From Basidiobolus meristosporus CBS 931.73 (lineage: Eukaryota; Fungi; Basidiobolomycota), in the NCBI GenBank assembly GCA_002104905.1, contig MCFE01000253.1, positions 1 to 64,000 of the forward strand: DNA of 64,000 nucleotides. The letters run 5' to 3'. Below, in pieces: positions 36,560 to 50,390 of this stretch. Numbering within the stretch: position 1 is the stretch's first letter; each line of letters opens with the position of its first letter. The translations under genes were made by a program, and so were the position numbers. The notes under the pieces were generated by a model. That model saw only the letters and a program-made list of their open reading frames with translations. It was not told the origin of the DNA and did no database searches.

Positions 36560-37870
36560 CTAGTCTGTCTGGGAAGTGATAGGCTTGCATATGAAGGCCA
36601 GCTTGAATGTGTTGGAATTGGGATGCTTAGCAGCCTCAGTAGATGCATAAATTGTAAGACTGCTACTTCTTACCTAAATCATTCTGGGATGCAATCCCCT
36701 TACTATTGTAAGACTATAGAGTAATAAGCTCAGTTGCAATTATAGCTAGACATTTCCAATATGATGGATGGCAAACATCACAAACTACTACATAGCAAGG
36801 GCTACTTCAAAGGTATTTATAGACATGTCTGTGTCTTAGCATTTAGCAAATTCTCACTAAACAAGTGCTCTACCAGTAAATCCTGGTGGCCATTGATTCT
36901 CATCAATCTCACTCTGTCTTTCATTTTTCAGTATCAGAGCATATATCCAGTGGCAGTTTCACTCATGTTTGGTAGATAATTACCATCAAACCTGGATAAC
37001 TTCCTGTGTTCATTTCTTGACAGGTTATGCATGCTATAAAGCAGAATACTAATCAATGGCTGTCATTTCAATGAGAAAACCAACTTCTGGATTAGAGATA
37101 TCTCAGCCATCAGCAAGATAGCCTGTTTCTCTAGGCATAATGAATGGTATTGCTGCCATATGTGTGGTATCCAAGAGATTCATTCCAAAGTTCACATACA
37201 CTGTCATTATTCCAACACCAATAGTAAAGACATAATCTTCCAATAAAAAGAGCATACAGAAGCTAGCATGCACTTGTAATAAAGCTGTCAAGCTATAGGC
37301 AACCTGCCAGAGTATGGAATCAATTTCAAACTAAAGATACTTAAAACAAAGCAAGTTTGTTGGAGCAAATGTTTTCCACTGAGAGCAATGCATTTACTGT
37401 TCAACAGTATCCCTATAACAATTACCCAGTTGGCAATTGGGCATTTCAAGCTTAAAGAGTCCTTTGAGGTACCAGAGAAACTTGAAAGATTTAGTAATAT
37501 ACTACAAAATGTCTGCCACTCAATATACCTCCCATGAGCTCTAATTATTATTTGCAGGTAGAGTTACAAATGCAAGGATGAGATGAATCTTAAGTGCATC
37601 AATTGAAGTAGTTCTGTGAGACAATCTTCTCACAGAGTACATTGGAAGCATTGGGAATTGTGTGTTGACATTTTAAGAATATTCATCCAGAAATGGATCA
37701 CCAATGCCAATTTGGCACATAAGCAGCTTTATGCACCAAGTTTATGCCAGGTTTTGGACGGTTATACTGAGGGCATAGAGCTAAGCACATAGTTCCCTGC
37801 TACTACTGTTTCTGTTTTCTACTCCTTTTGCTTGGTGTGTGGACAATATTGGGCTTTGTTAGATGTAGTG
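36560..37870 (+). mobile_element. Second degenerate CACTA/EnSpm-like transposase remnant
   Basis: 37430-37860 is homologous to the reverse complement of 14430-14870 (TACAAATGCAAGGAT.., CTACTGT..TCTACTCC..TGTGTGGACAATATTGG). Confidence 0.6.
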
Positions 37871-38072
37871 TTAACAGCAATATAAGGAATACTTATCAAG
37901 TATCAACTGAAAAGCTATAAAGTTGGGGGATAGATGTGTGTCAATTGTGGAGAATATGAGCATATAGAGAGGTTAGTATACAGGGGGCTACATTAATTTT
38001 TAAAAAATACAAAATATGGAACACCACTATTTGCGGTGAGTAAGTAAATAACTAGGGGTGATTCTACAGTGG

Positions 38073-39059
38073 TGTGGTAGTGTACAAGTCCTATAGTGCA
38101 ATATGTCCAACACTTGTAAAGTGCTTTGTGTGTGGGGTGCTCACTGGGTGAAATAATCCATGGCAAAAGCTTGCTAGGAATAACTGAGGTTTGTCTCTAC
38201 ACTAATGTAAGGGGGAACAAAGCCACAAGCTTGTCAAGGGAAAACTACTGAGCTGAAATACCCAACTTAGTTGGCATCTCAACAAAAGTATATTCTGGGC
38301 TCGGAATCCTTTGATATGACAATGTACTAAAGCTTTCAAAGTCAAAACAAATGTGAGCTTCACCAGCCAGAACTTGATTAGATGTTACAAGTCTTGATAT
38401 CAGAGTTGTAGAGGAAGAGCAAGTTTTGCTAGAATTGTACTTGCTAAACTTGAACTGATTTTTGTTGAGCCACCAGCAGCTCCTTATATACATTTTGCCA
38501 GATCAATTGCTGACTAACTGTATTGCCTAATGTAGGTTGTGGCCAATGACTCATTTGATTGCATCATCATCATCCTATTAGATCCTACTTAATATATCTA
38601 ATTATGTCTTATAAGGATCTGCTGATTCATCTGCTGACAAATACTGCTGATTTGAAGAGAGATATATCAATGACATCAGAATGTGCTAAGAATGTTTAAA
38701 GTAGATACCAAATGGCTTTCAAAGGCACAGCATGTCCAATCAATCAGCAACCAGTTTTTTCAAACCTGTACATTATAGGGGTACCAAATGCTGGAATAAA
38801 GTCAGAGGGATTGTAGCTCAATTTGGTCATGAGTGGCCAGTACTAGCACTGATACTTTCCAGATATAGAAGCACTTACATCTAGTAATTTATATACATTG
38901 AAATATAACTTATGCAACAAAATAAGTAGGTGATATAGTAAGCCTGCTAATAGGACAGTGCAGATTAGGTAAGTTAAATGAGATTCAACTAAGATAAGGG
39001 TTGTGGAAAATATGCAAATGAGCTCATCTGTAGGTGGATGTCACTATGACCCCACTACA
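38073..39059 (+). repeat. Solo LTR B-long with TSD GTGG, containing an LTR-A fragment (38383-38650, minus)
   Basis: TGTGGTAG...CCCACTACA termini. GTGG at 38069-38072 and 39060-39063. Confidence 0.8.
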
Positions 39060-39815
39060 GTGGAAAATACAGGGAGTGCAGGGGAGGTAGAAAAAAAACT
39101 ACAACTTAGCAGGTTGGTAAGGTAGTACTACAGAGGACTAACTATAGTCTGCAGCATTACCATTTTAATGCCAAGCCAGGAACTGGCTCAATCCCATTAT
39201 GACCAAGTAGAATTATCATCTAGACAGTAGTAGTTTCTCAAGAGCTAGAAGAGCAACCAGTTAAGTCACACTTTAGTGCAGTATATGATTTTGTGGAAAT
39301 AGACAGATTTTCTACTAAAGCCTCCACATCCTTTGTTTTAAGCAAATTTGAAAACCATTGCATAGGCAAAGCAACAATCTCAACCTACACTGCATTCTTG
39401 AATCAATACTGGGCTCATCAAGAGGTGAAGCACTTCTTCAAGAGCAGTGCCTAATGGAAATACTTGATCATTGCAGATATTCATTGCAATAACTGGTAGA
39501 TGGCTAGTCCTTGTATTTTCATTCAAAGGCCAGGAAGCATTGGAATCAATGAGTAAACTTTAGTGTAAAGCTGTAGAATTTCCCTCAGAGTCATGTGCAA
39601 CAGGCATTGCAGCCAAGATGCATAGTTAAGCCGCACCTGAGCAAATTAACAGTGAAAGACCTGGCATTGATGAAGGAAAAGGTAAAGGGAAGAAATTTTA
39701 CTTATGCTAGAGATATGAAAGGGTGAGAAAGAAGCTGCAGTTCTTGCCTGTTAATGTTGTCAATACAGAACAGACTGATTTCCATAAATGCCAAGAAGAG
39801 TCACCAACAATCAAT

Positions 39816-40140
39816 AGTTTTCTTCTATTGGATAGTGCTACATATAGCCATGATGTCAAATAGTCCCATATTATGCCATAGGGGCTTAGCAGGCCTATTC
39901 CTAGCCATAAAATATGAATCATAGCTTTATAGCTTCATGCAAAGCAGCCCAATGTTTCACCCACTGTGCTGAAGAAAATGTATGTTTAACCTTTTTCTGG
40001 GATTGTGGTTGTGCATGATGTGTAAGAGCACACAAGGACTGAAGTCATGCATATGGTACTCTGAATCTAGCACTAAAGGTTAATGGTATGTCACAACAAT
40101 ACATGGCACTATCTTGGTATGCTGGTACTCTCTAGTACCA
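39816..40140. mobile_element. Single decayed arm of the foldback MITE
   Basis: Degenerate terminus after AAT. Colinear with one arm and truncated at the spacer. Confidence 0.6.
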
Positions 40141-41559
40141 TAATCAAGGAGTAACTGGGTTCTCCTAGATCAGACATCTTGGGCTCTTTAGATAGGCTGG
40201 ATTTAGTTGCTTCTAATGTTGTTGGTGCTAAGAGTGTCTTGGAGATATTGGCAGTGATTGGAATAGGAAGTAGATTATATGGCTTTTACTTCCTGAATCA
40301 CTATATATAATAGTAGTACTTACACTTTTGCATGGCTTGGGCATAACAAGCATAAAAAATTGGCTTAGAAAGGGCCCAAGATCATGTGCACAACTTATTG
40401 GACTGTTAGGACTACTTTGACAATACTCATGTTCAGGGTACCTGATATTTTGGTGAACATATTGTAATTGTGTCCCTAAAAGCATTTGGTCAGTATTCAC
40501 ATTTTATTTTATTACAGTATTACATTAGTGACTAAGTTTGGTGAATGTTTTGGCAGAGTTACAAACTTTTACAGCACTCCCACTCAACTAAATGCTAATA
40601 CTGATTAGCACTAGTTTTGACTTATGATTTTCAAATTTTTCTCTTGCTAATGGCTTGTAAGTATATCTACAAGCATTTCATCTGTAGGATAGTTAACCAA
40701 GTTATCTACAATATTCTCTATATCTTTGCATATAGTATGATGTCTAATATCTATGCACTTGGTTCCATCATCAAAGATTGGATCTCATTGCATGCATCCT
40801 TGATAATCTTGAAATAAAGCAATAGGCATTTTTTGACATAAGCCTTAGTTTTGAAAAGCTTTCTTAACTACATTACTTCTTTTGTAGCTTTGCAGGCTGC
40901 CATATGCTCTGCCTCTGTGATAGAAAGTGCTAAGGTTGGTTGCTTTGTCCAATTATATGAGCTTTCCCCTTTTTTGACACAAGCCAAAATCTTTAAAATT
41001 ATACACATTGCCACTTTGATAGCTTCCCAGGCTACCATATAGTCTGCCTCTGTGGTAGAAGGGGCTATGGTTGGTTGCTTTCTTGAATTCCATGAAATTG
41101 CTCCTTTACAGTAAAGAAAGTTATATTCTGTGGTGGATCTTCTGTCTCCTGAGCTATGTCCCCAATTAGCATCATAATAGCCCACAAGGTGTTGTTCTGA
41201 ATCCTCAAAGGTAGACCTTAAGCAGATATCAGCAGCTCCTTTTAGGTATTTAAAAATCTGATCAATTGCTGCAATATGATCAGATCTATAGTTCTGATTA
41301 GTCTAGCTGACAATTACCACTGAATATGAGATGTCTGAACAAGCTCCAAGCATGATATACATCTGACTGCTGATTTTCATTTTACATGGAAAGTTAGGGC
41401 TTTCAGATATCACCTAACTTTCTGGACTTGGGTGAGTTTTGACCAAGTTGAGTTTGTCTCCATTGGGATGGCTGCCAGTTAAAAGTCTTCCATATGGTAC
41501 TTCCTCAGCGTATCTTGAGCTTACATGGATTGGCTTAGGGTGATAGTCTGGGTACTTCT

Positions 41560-44500
41560 TGTTGTAAGAGTCTAGGAGATTTTGGAAGTGATTGGGAGGA
41601 CAAGTAGATTATGTGGTTTTACTTGATGATTTATTGAATGTAAAAGTAGTATTTATACTTTTACCTGGTCTTGGCATTACAAACATGTAGAGTAGGCTAA
41701 GGATGGTCCCAAGAATATGTGTGCAAAGTTTTGGGCTGTTTGGACAACTTTGAGACTTTTCATGTTCTGGGTATCTGGTTTTTTGGTGAAAATATTCTAA
41801 GTAAATCCCAACAAGGAACTTGGTCAGTATTCTCAAGGATTTAAGGGTAATGATCTAAGTGACTACATTAGGCAAATATTTAGGTGGAATTACAAATTTT
41901 TACAACACTCCCACTCAGCTAAATGTTCATACTGACTGGTCTCAATTTTGATCTAAGATATTCAAGCTTGTCTCTAGCTAATGGTTTGGTAAATATGTCT
42001 GCAATCATCTCATCTGTAGGACAGTAAACTAAGCAAACTAAGTTATTCTCTATAGCTTCACGTATGAAATGATGTCTAATATCTATGTGCTTGGTTCTAG
42101 CATGAAAAGTTGGATTTCTACCTAATTGTATACATCCTTGATTATCTTGAAATAAAGTAATAGGCATTTTTTGACATAGGCCTAAATCTGTAAAGAGCTT
42201 TCTTAACCACATTGCTTCTTTTGTAGCTTCACAGGCTGCCATGTACTCTGCATCTGTGGTAGAAAGTGCTATGGTTGGTTGCTTTCTTGAATTCCATGAA
42301 ATTGCTCCTTTACAGTAAAGAAAGGTGTATCCTGTGATGCATCTTCTGTCTTCCAAATTTTGTCCCCAATCAGCATCAGAGTATCCCAAAAGATCCTGTT
42401 CTGAATCCTTATAAGTGTATCTTAAGCAGATATTAGCAGTTCCTTTTAGGTTTCTAAAAATCCACTTAACTGCTGCAATATGATCAGATCCATAGTTCTG
42501 ATTATGTTGGCTGACAACTCCCACTGAGTATGAGATATCTGGACGTGTTCCAAGCATGATATACATCAGACTGCTGACTATAGATTGATAAGGAATGTCA
42601 GGGCTTTCAGATGGCACCAAGCTCTCTTGATTTGGTTGAGTTTTGACCAAGTTAAGGTTTGTCTCCATTAGGGTAGCTGCCGGTTTACAGTCTTCCATTT
42701 GGTACCTCTTTGGTATATCTTGAATATACCTGGATTGACTTAGCGTGATAGTCTGGGTACTTCTGTCTATGGAGAACTTAATATCTAAGTAGTAACTAAG
42801 TTCTCCTAGATTGGACATCATGAACTCCTTAGATAGGCTGGATTTAGTCTCTTCCAATGTTTCTAGGCTATTGGTGGCTATAATAAAATCATCCACATAT
42901 AGAGCTAATAGAACTGGATTTGCTCTATCTGGCTTATAGTATATACTATAGTCAGCATTACTTCTTTTGAATTTCAAAGATTCCAAACAAGAATCTATCT
43001 TGCAATTCCAGGCTCTTGGTGATTGTTTGAGACCATACAGTGACTTTTTAAGCTTGCAGACCAAATGGGGGGTATCTTGGTCAGCAAACCCATCAGGCTG
43101 GTCCATATACATGTCCTCATTAAGTTCTTCATTCAAAAATGCAGTTTTTACATCCATTTGATGAATAAAAAACTTATATTTGGCTGCAATAGCCAATATT
43201 AATTTGATAGAATTAAACATGGCTACTGGTGCAAAGGTCTCAGTATAGTCAAGTTCTTTTGTTTGAGAGTATCCTTTGGCTACAAGTCTTGCTTTGTATC
43301 TCTCAACTGTACCATCAGCCTTGTATTTTGTCTTGAAGACCCATCTGCATCCAATTGACTTTTGGTTGATTGGTAGTTTGACTAAGTCCCAAGTTGGATT
43401 TTCCATTAGGGCCTGATATTCCTCAGTCATTGCAGATCTCCAAAACTTTGTCTGAGGGCTATTTAGGGCCTCTTTTACAGTCTGGGGTTCATCAACATGG
43501 ACTGAATAGGCACAGGCTAGGTTTGTACCCTCATTGATATAGTAGTTTGGGCTATTTCTTGTCCAATTAGATCTCTGGGCATTTGATACTGCAATGATCA
43601 CTTCTGGGATATTTCTGGGCACTGATTCTGGCTGAACCACGGTTGTAGAGTCCTCTGGAGTGAAAAAACTCTCATTGCTTTGCTCTGATTCAATCCTGAC
43701 AACTGGTGGACTTGAGATCAAGTTTTTGTCATCATCTGATGTCATTTTTGTGAAAATTTTGAATTTTCATCCAAAAACACATCCCTGGACTTGATCAGCT
43801 TCTTTGCTTTGGTATTGTAGAGTCTGTATGCCTTACTCTCATTGCAGTAGCCCAAAAATATGCATTTTACACTTTTTGGCTCAAATTTTGACTGATTTCT
43901 GGCCAGTTTTTTAGCATATGCTCTACACCCAAATACTCTTAGATGTTCTGCACTTGGTCTGTATTCATACCATGCTTCAAGTGGAGTAGAATCATGAAGT
44001 ATTCTGTTATAACTCCATTTCTATGGTATACAGCAGTGGCAACTGATTCCGCCCAAAAATCATAGGATAATTTTTGATCATGGATCATAGATCTTGCCAT
44101 ATCAATTATTGATCTATTTGAACATTCTGCTACACCATTTTGCTGTGGGGAGTGTGGTACAGTAGTCTCTTGCTTTATCCCATGAATTTTGCAGAAGTGG
44201 ATGAAGAGTTTTGAGGTATATTCTCCACCATTGTCAGAGCATATTTTCTTGATTTTTTCACCAGTTTCTCTCTCCACCATGGCTTTAAACTTCCTGAGCT
44301 TAGACAGAGCTTCTTCCTTTTTCTCCATGAAGTAGACCCATGTGTATCTTGTATAATCATCAATAAAAGTGATTAAATACTTCATCCCGCCTAAGGATAA
44401 ATTTTGCATAGGTGCACACAGATCTGAGCAAATTAGATCTAATTTTTTCTTAGTTTTGATTAACCCAGAGCTCTTGAACAGTTGTCTGGCTTGTTTCCCA

Positions 44501-46238
44501 TATATGCAGGCTTCCCAGGGCTCCAAATTAGCTGGGGGATCAATTTTCACTCCAGAAATTAGCTGATCTTTGATCATTATACGCAAATAATCAAAATTAA
44601 TGTGTCCAAATCTCCTGTGCCAAAGCATTGGTGTTTCTTCAATTAAGTTACTTATATTGGCTTCTGGATATGATGGAATATAAGTCAACTTGTATAAATT
44701 CTGATCTCTGATGCCCAAAGCAATATGGGCACCATTTTGATCAGTGATTCTGCATCCAGAATTGTCAAAACTGAAACTGAGTCCTTCTGCTGTGGCCTTG
44801 CTTACAGAGAGTAGGTTTGTGGCTATTTCTGGTACATAGAGTACTTCTGTAAAGGTCAGTGTATGGCTTCCTTCACTGCTTCTAAGGTTTCCTTGGATAG
44901 TTCCTTCTCCCACTGCATCAAGTGTTCTATTGTACCCATGAAAACCTGCTTAATTGGAATTTCTTGATGTTGGGTAAAAAGTCCTTTCTGGTGTATAAAG
45001 TGTTGAGATGCTCCAGAGTCAATGCACCATGTCTGGGAATCCTTGTTTGTGGTCATATTTAGTGCAGATATGAATAGTCTATCTTCAGTTGTTGCAGCAT
45101 TTGCATATTCAGGCTTCTTTTGCTGATTATCCTTCTTTTTGAGACACCGGTCTGATGTGTGTCCTTTCCTTTTGCAGTAGTTGCAAAATAGGTTGCTGTT
45201 GCCTTTGTAGGGTCTTAGGTACCCCCTTTGTTGGTTATTATTGCTTATTAAAACATTTTCTTCTTCCTTCTTATTGGCACTTAATTTTCTTGATTCTTCA
45301 TCCTGGAGCGTTCTATATACATAATTTAAGGTCAAGTCTTCAGTTCTGGACTCTAGGGCTGATACAAGGCCCTGAAACTCATCTGTCAGGCTATTCAGGA
45401 TGGTAACTATCACATCCTCATCAGTAGTTGGTATGCCCACAGATTCCATCTCATCTACCAGCAGGGTAATTCTGTTAATCGGATTTTTCATTTCTTCTCC
45501 TGGCAGCATCTTTGTAGTAAAGAATTCTAGTCTCAGATACATTTTCTTGGCAGCTGAACATGACTGGTAGGTGTCTTCCAATGCTTTCCAGGCATTCTTT
45601 GCCGTTTTTGCTCTTGAGCATTGAATTAGCAATTTGTCCTTGACATTAAGGCAAATGCAGTTAAAGGCACTTTGTTCTTTCTTCTGGTACTTTAAGACTT
45701 CCTCTCCCATTTTTTTAGGAGGGCATTCTTCTCCCATGACAATATCCCAAAGTCCTCTTTCTTGTAGCAGCATCTTTATCTTCACCTTCCACACTTGGTA
45801 GTTAGATCCATCCAACTTTTCAGCAGAGGGAAAATTCCAGTAATAGCAGTAGTAGACATTGCAGAGAGTGACAGCTTGGGGCTCATAACCTGTTGTAAGA
45901 GTCTTGGAGATATTGGAAGTGATTGGGAGGACAAGTAGATTATTGGTTTTCACTCAATGATTTATTGAATGTAAAAGTAGTATTTATACTTTTACCAGAT
46001 CTTGGCATTACAAACACATAGAGTAGGTTAAGGAAGGTCCCAATAACATGTGTGCAAAGTTTGGGGCTGTTTGGACAACTTTCAGACTTTTCATGTTCTG
46101 GGTATCTGGTTTTTTGGTGAAAATATTCTAAGTAAATCCTAACAAGGAATTTGGTTATTATTCTCTAGGATTTAAGGGCAATGATCTAAGTGACTAAGTT
46201 AGGTGAATGTTTAGGTGGAATTACAAATTTTTACAACC
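41560..46238 (-). mobile_element. Near-complete Ty1/Copia family A retrotransposon, 5-bp TSD CTTCT
   Basis: LTRs at 45891-46238 and 41560-41907 (TGTTGTAA..TTACAACA). PBS GGTTATGAGCCC at 45879-45890, PPT GAGTGGGAG. CTTCT on both flanks. Confidence 0.93.
41919..45840 (-). CDS. Copia-A gag-pol (gag, CCHC knuckle, protease, integrase, RT, RNase H) with two 1-nt frameshifts (~44930, ~44020)
   Basis: CNYCKRKGHTSDRC, WCIDSGASQH, WHRRFGH..C, CSDNGGEY, PQQNGVAE, RYKARLVAKGY, QMDVKTAFLN, LYVDD and SRKQPTIALST, in Copia domain order. Confidence 0.9.
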
Positions 46239-47347
46239 CTTCTATCTATGGAGATCTTTATCCCCAAGTAGTTGCTGATTCTCCCAGATTGGATATCTTG
46301 AATTACTTTGATTGGCTGGATTTAGTCTCTTTCAATATTTCAAGATTATTGGTGCCTATAATAAGATCATACACACTTAGAGCTAATAGAGTTGAATTTA
46401 CTCTATCTGGCTTATAATGTATACTATAGTAAGCATGACTTTTGTCAGAACTCAATGGTTCCAAATATGAATCTATCTTGCAATACCAGGCTCTTGGTAA
46501 TTGTTTTAGTCCATATAAATATATATATTTTAGGCTTGCAGACTAAATGGGGGGTATCTTGGTAGTTACCCCACTTGGCTATTTCATGTGCATGTTGTCA
46601 TAAACTTTCCCATTCAAAATGCAGCTTTTACATGCATTTGATGTATTTTGTTTCTATACTTGACTGTATTAGCCAATTTTATTCTGATTTAATCAAACTT
46701 GGCTACTGGTGCAAAGATCTTAGTGTAGGCCAGTCCTTTTGCTTGAGGGTGTTATTTGGCCTCAAGTCTTGCTTTGTATCTTTCATTTGCACCAATTGCC
46801 TTGTTTTATGTCTTTAAGACCTATATGCATCCAATTTATTTTTGGTTTACTGGTAATTTAACTCTGTCCCAAGTTTGATTTTCCATCAGGGCCTGATACT
46901 AATTAGTCATTGCAGATTTCCAGAATTGCGTCTGAGAACTATTTGGGGCCTCTTAATAGTCTGGAGCTCATCAATATGGACTGAATAGACATGGGCCAAG
47001 TTTTACCCTCATTGATATAGTAATATGAGCAATTTCTGACCCAGTTGGATCTCCTCCTTGTGATGCTGAAATGATCACTCCAGGGATACTCCTGGGCAAT
47101 GATTGATGCTGAATCATATGATGTGATGGAACTTCTGTCTTCCAGATTCTGTCCCCAATTTGGATCAGAGTATCCCACAAGCACCTGTTCTGAGTCCTTA
47201 TGGGTGTACTTCAAGCAGGCATTTGCAAATCCTTTTAGGTATTTAAAGTCTGCTAACTGCTGCAACATGATCAGATCCTTAGTTCTCATTATGCTGGCTG
47301 ACAACTCCCACTGAGTATGAGATATCTCAATGTGTTCCAAACATAAT

Positions 47348-50000
47348 AGACTTATTCCATTTTACTATTCCAGGGCATGCAGTGCAATCTATGGTTGCAA
47401 AGAGCAACTGGGTGTGGTATTATAGCTATCAATAGGCAGGATTGCTCTTGGACAATTTTGCACTATGTGGGACAATCTTGCACACTATGGCACAATCTGA
47501 CACAGTGAGATTGGCGCAGAATATTGCACCAACCAGTAATGTTTGCATTATGTGTGCAATTGGGTATCATTATAACGGTAGGTAAAATCCTGCACTTGGA
47601 TATATTTCTTTAATGAAAATGGAAATGAATGAGTATAACAATATAAACTACAATGATACTTACATTTTGGTTACCATCACTCCAATTGAATGCTATGTCA
47701 ATGGCTGATTGATCTAAGAGTATCTTGAAGCTCTTAGCCCTCAATTGGCTCATTGACCAGTATGCATGCTACCTGATTTGCCATCAAATATCCCATTTTG
47801 CCCATTGGGCAAGTAAATCCATGATCTTAGTGATGCAACAAGGTGTCATAGCAAGCATGCAACCAATTTTGTAGGTGAAAACCAGATCAAATACCTGCAC
47901 TGGTGTTACAGATGATGTATACAAATGCAGGATGCTTATTATAGAGGCTCTGACTCAAATGTGAGATGACCTAGATATTACTTATAACAAAAGTTTAGAG
48001 ACCACAGATTTCAATGGCTGGATTTGGATTGCAAAAAAAATGCATTATTTGGATCATGACAAATGGTAACAACTGATTGCAATTGCATCACCTTCTCCTA
48101 GTTTTTTTTCTCACTGGGATCACTACTGAAGCATTTTGTAGTGATTCACTTTGCACACCTGAACTACTTCCTTGTTTACTATTATCTTGGCTACTTGTGT
48201 ATTTGTAGTCAGTATTTTGCCTCCAAGTTGATGAGTGCAATGCTGGAGCTTGGCCATGCTGAATTGCTCCAGAAACGTTATGTAACCAGTGTGAAGTGCC
48301 ATGCCTGGACATGTTCTATTACTTGCCAAAGGTTCTGGTGGTGGAGGCACTGGATATGGGTCATTGTCAGTCAATTCAGCAGAAGTAACTTGCTGATATT
48401 CAGTGGTGCCAGCATGCACAGGTGTAACTTGATGTGTTGGCATTGATCTTGGCTGATTTTGACGTGATGATACATGTTGAGGTTGTAGTGAGGATGCAGT
48501 GACACACACTGACAGATGTGCTCATTCCCATATTTTCTACTTCCCTATTTTTCTACTACACTTATTTTAGTTTTATCCCATTTGTCTTACTTGGTCAGTA
48601 CTATCCCATAAGCTGGCTGGCTATCACACTGCTTACCTTATTGCATAAGTTATCCCTCACTTTATGTAAGGTTACTTGATGTAAGTGCTTTGATATTGGG
48701 CACATACCTGTGCCAGCACCTGTGTCACATAACCAGATCTTGTCACTATCCCTACCATTTTCATATCATATATTGTGTTCCTTTATTGCACAGGTTTCAG
48801 AAAGCTGATTCCTGATTGGTTGGGTGTGCTGCACCTCTTAGAACCTCCTGGCACCTGCTTAGAGCATTCTTAGCTCATTCCAATGTCATTAAGATTTCTA
48901 TTTAACCTCCAGAACCTTTGGGAGCACCATGATTAGTAATCACTTTGCCAGTGAGAAAATTATTCAAGGGAGGCAATCCCTCAACAATAAAGTATCATCC
49001 CTTTATCCATATACCAACTTGTTGATTAGTGTGATCACTGCTACCTGCTGCTACCTGAACTTCCAATCCCAGACTACAGTACACTCCCAGGGAACCACAC
49101 TGGCTGCCAACTGACCTTGAAGGCACTACTTGTGAGGAATACATGGAGTAGGTATCATTTGTTATATTTGATTCTTTCCCAAGCTTGTTCTTGTACAGGC
49201 AAAGATACTTTTGTGTCTTTGTGGCTATTGCCCACAGCTGCATTCTTATCAAATTGCTGCTGGTGGAGTTAACAGTTGTTTTGACTCTGGAAGCTTTAGT
49301 ACATTGTCATCTCAAAGAATGCTGAACCTAGCACCTACTTCTGTTAAGACACCAACTAAGTTGGGGATTGTAGCTCAATAGTTTTCCCTTGACAACCTTA
49401 TGGCTTTATTCCCCTTCACATTAGAGAAGAGACAGAGCCCAAGTATTCCTGGCAAGCTTTTGCCAGATGTTATTGCACCCAGTGAACACCCCATACAAAA
49501 CACTTGAGAAGTTTTAGACATATCTCTCCTTTGGACCTATACACTACCACAACATGACTTGGCCTCCTCCAATGAACTAGTTTCTAAATAAGCAGTTTGG
49601 TGAGTTCTTGTAGTTTTGCTCTCAAGTGCACTCATTGATCTGACACATGTTGACTTAATGTGGGGTGCTCATGTAAGGGGTGTTGGTGTAGATTGGACTG
49701 ATGTGTGCCTGTATGCCAACATTGCAGGGGATGGTGAGGAATCCAGCAAGGCATGCTGGCATGATCTTGATGCAGTTGCTTGTGGTCTGAATACTTCCTC
49801 TTGAAGTTAACCTTCTGTTTCCTCAAGGTACTCACTTACCCTCAGTCTGATGCTATGAAACTGTTGTCTCAATGAGTCCTGTATGTATTGCTCTTGGAAG
49901 CCACATAGCTCTACTAATGTATCATATAGTATATTAGTCACTTGGGGCAAAAACTCACTCAAAATCTCTTTGGTCCCAAAGTCAAGGCAAAAATGGTATG
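47348..50000 (+). mobile_element. Old, 3'-truncated PHIS copy interrupted by a solo LTR
   Basis: AAT|AGACTTATTCC terminus at 47348. Colinear with 22898-24460 with CpGs decayed. Confidence 0.85.
48484..49551 (-). repeat. Solo LTR B-long inside PHIS ORF2
   Basis: TGTAGTG...CTACCACA termini. Reverse complement of the uninterrupted 5073-6514 sequence. Confidence 0.8.
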
Positions 50001-50390
50001 GTGGTGTAGAGGTACTCATGGGAGAAGCTACACAACTCAAGGTGTGTGAGGTGTCTGATGGGTGCAATAACCTCTGGGTCTAAACTGCTGGTGTCTTTGT
50101 CAATATGTCACTATGGTAAAAGCTCCTGCTTCTCTAGCTTCTTAGGTGCTCCATGTGTCTCCAAAGGCCTCTGTGTGTCTTGTGCACTACCCTGAAAAGC
50201 TCCTTGATGGCAATTCTGAGATGTAACTGTTGAAGGCAGGTGCAGTGATCAAGCACTAATCAATAAGGGAGAAGTGTTAATGGTAGAATGGATAATATAT
50301 TGCTGAGGGATTGACTTGCCTTAAATACTTTTTCTGATTGCAAAGAGATTACTAATGACAAGGTTTTAGAAGATTCCAGGTATCAGTGGA

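Larger units (their letters stand above)
40230..47340 (-). mobile_element. Older Copia-A copy (3' LTR ~40230-40575, RNase H/RT) split by a younger Copia-A
   Basis: SRKQPTIAPSTTEADY RNase H remnant. The RT sequence interrupted at 41559 resumes at 46244. Confidence 0.8.

Noticed and set aside
38070-38082. TAGTG as the terminus of the CACTA remnant
   Set aside because: It lies within the start of the B-long LTR, which has its own TSD.
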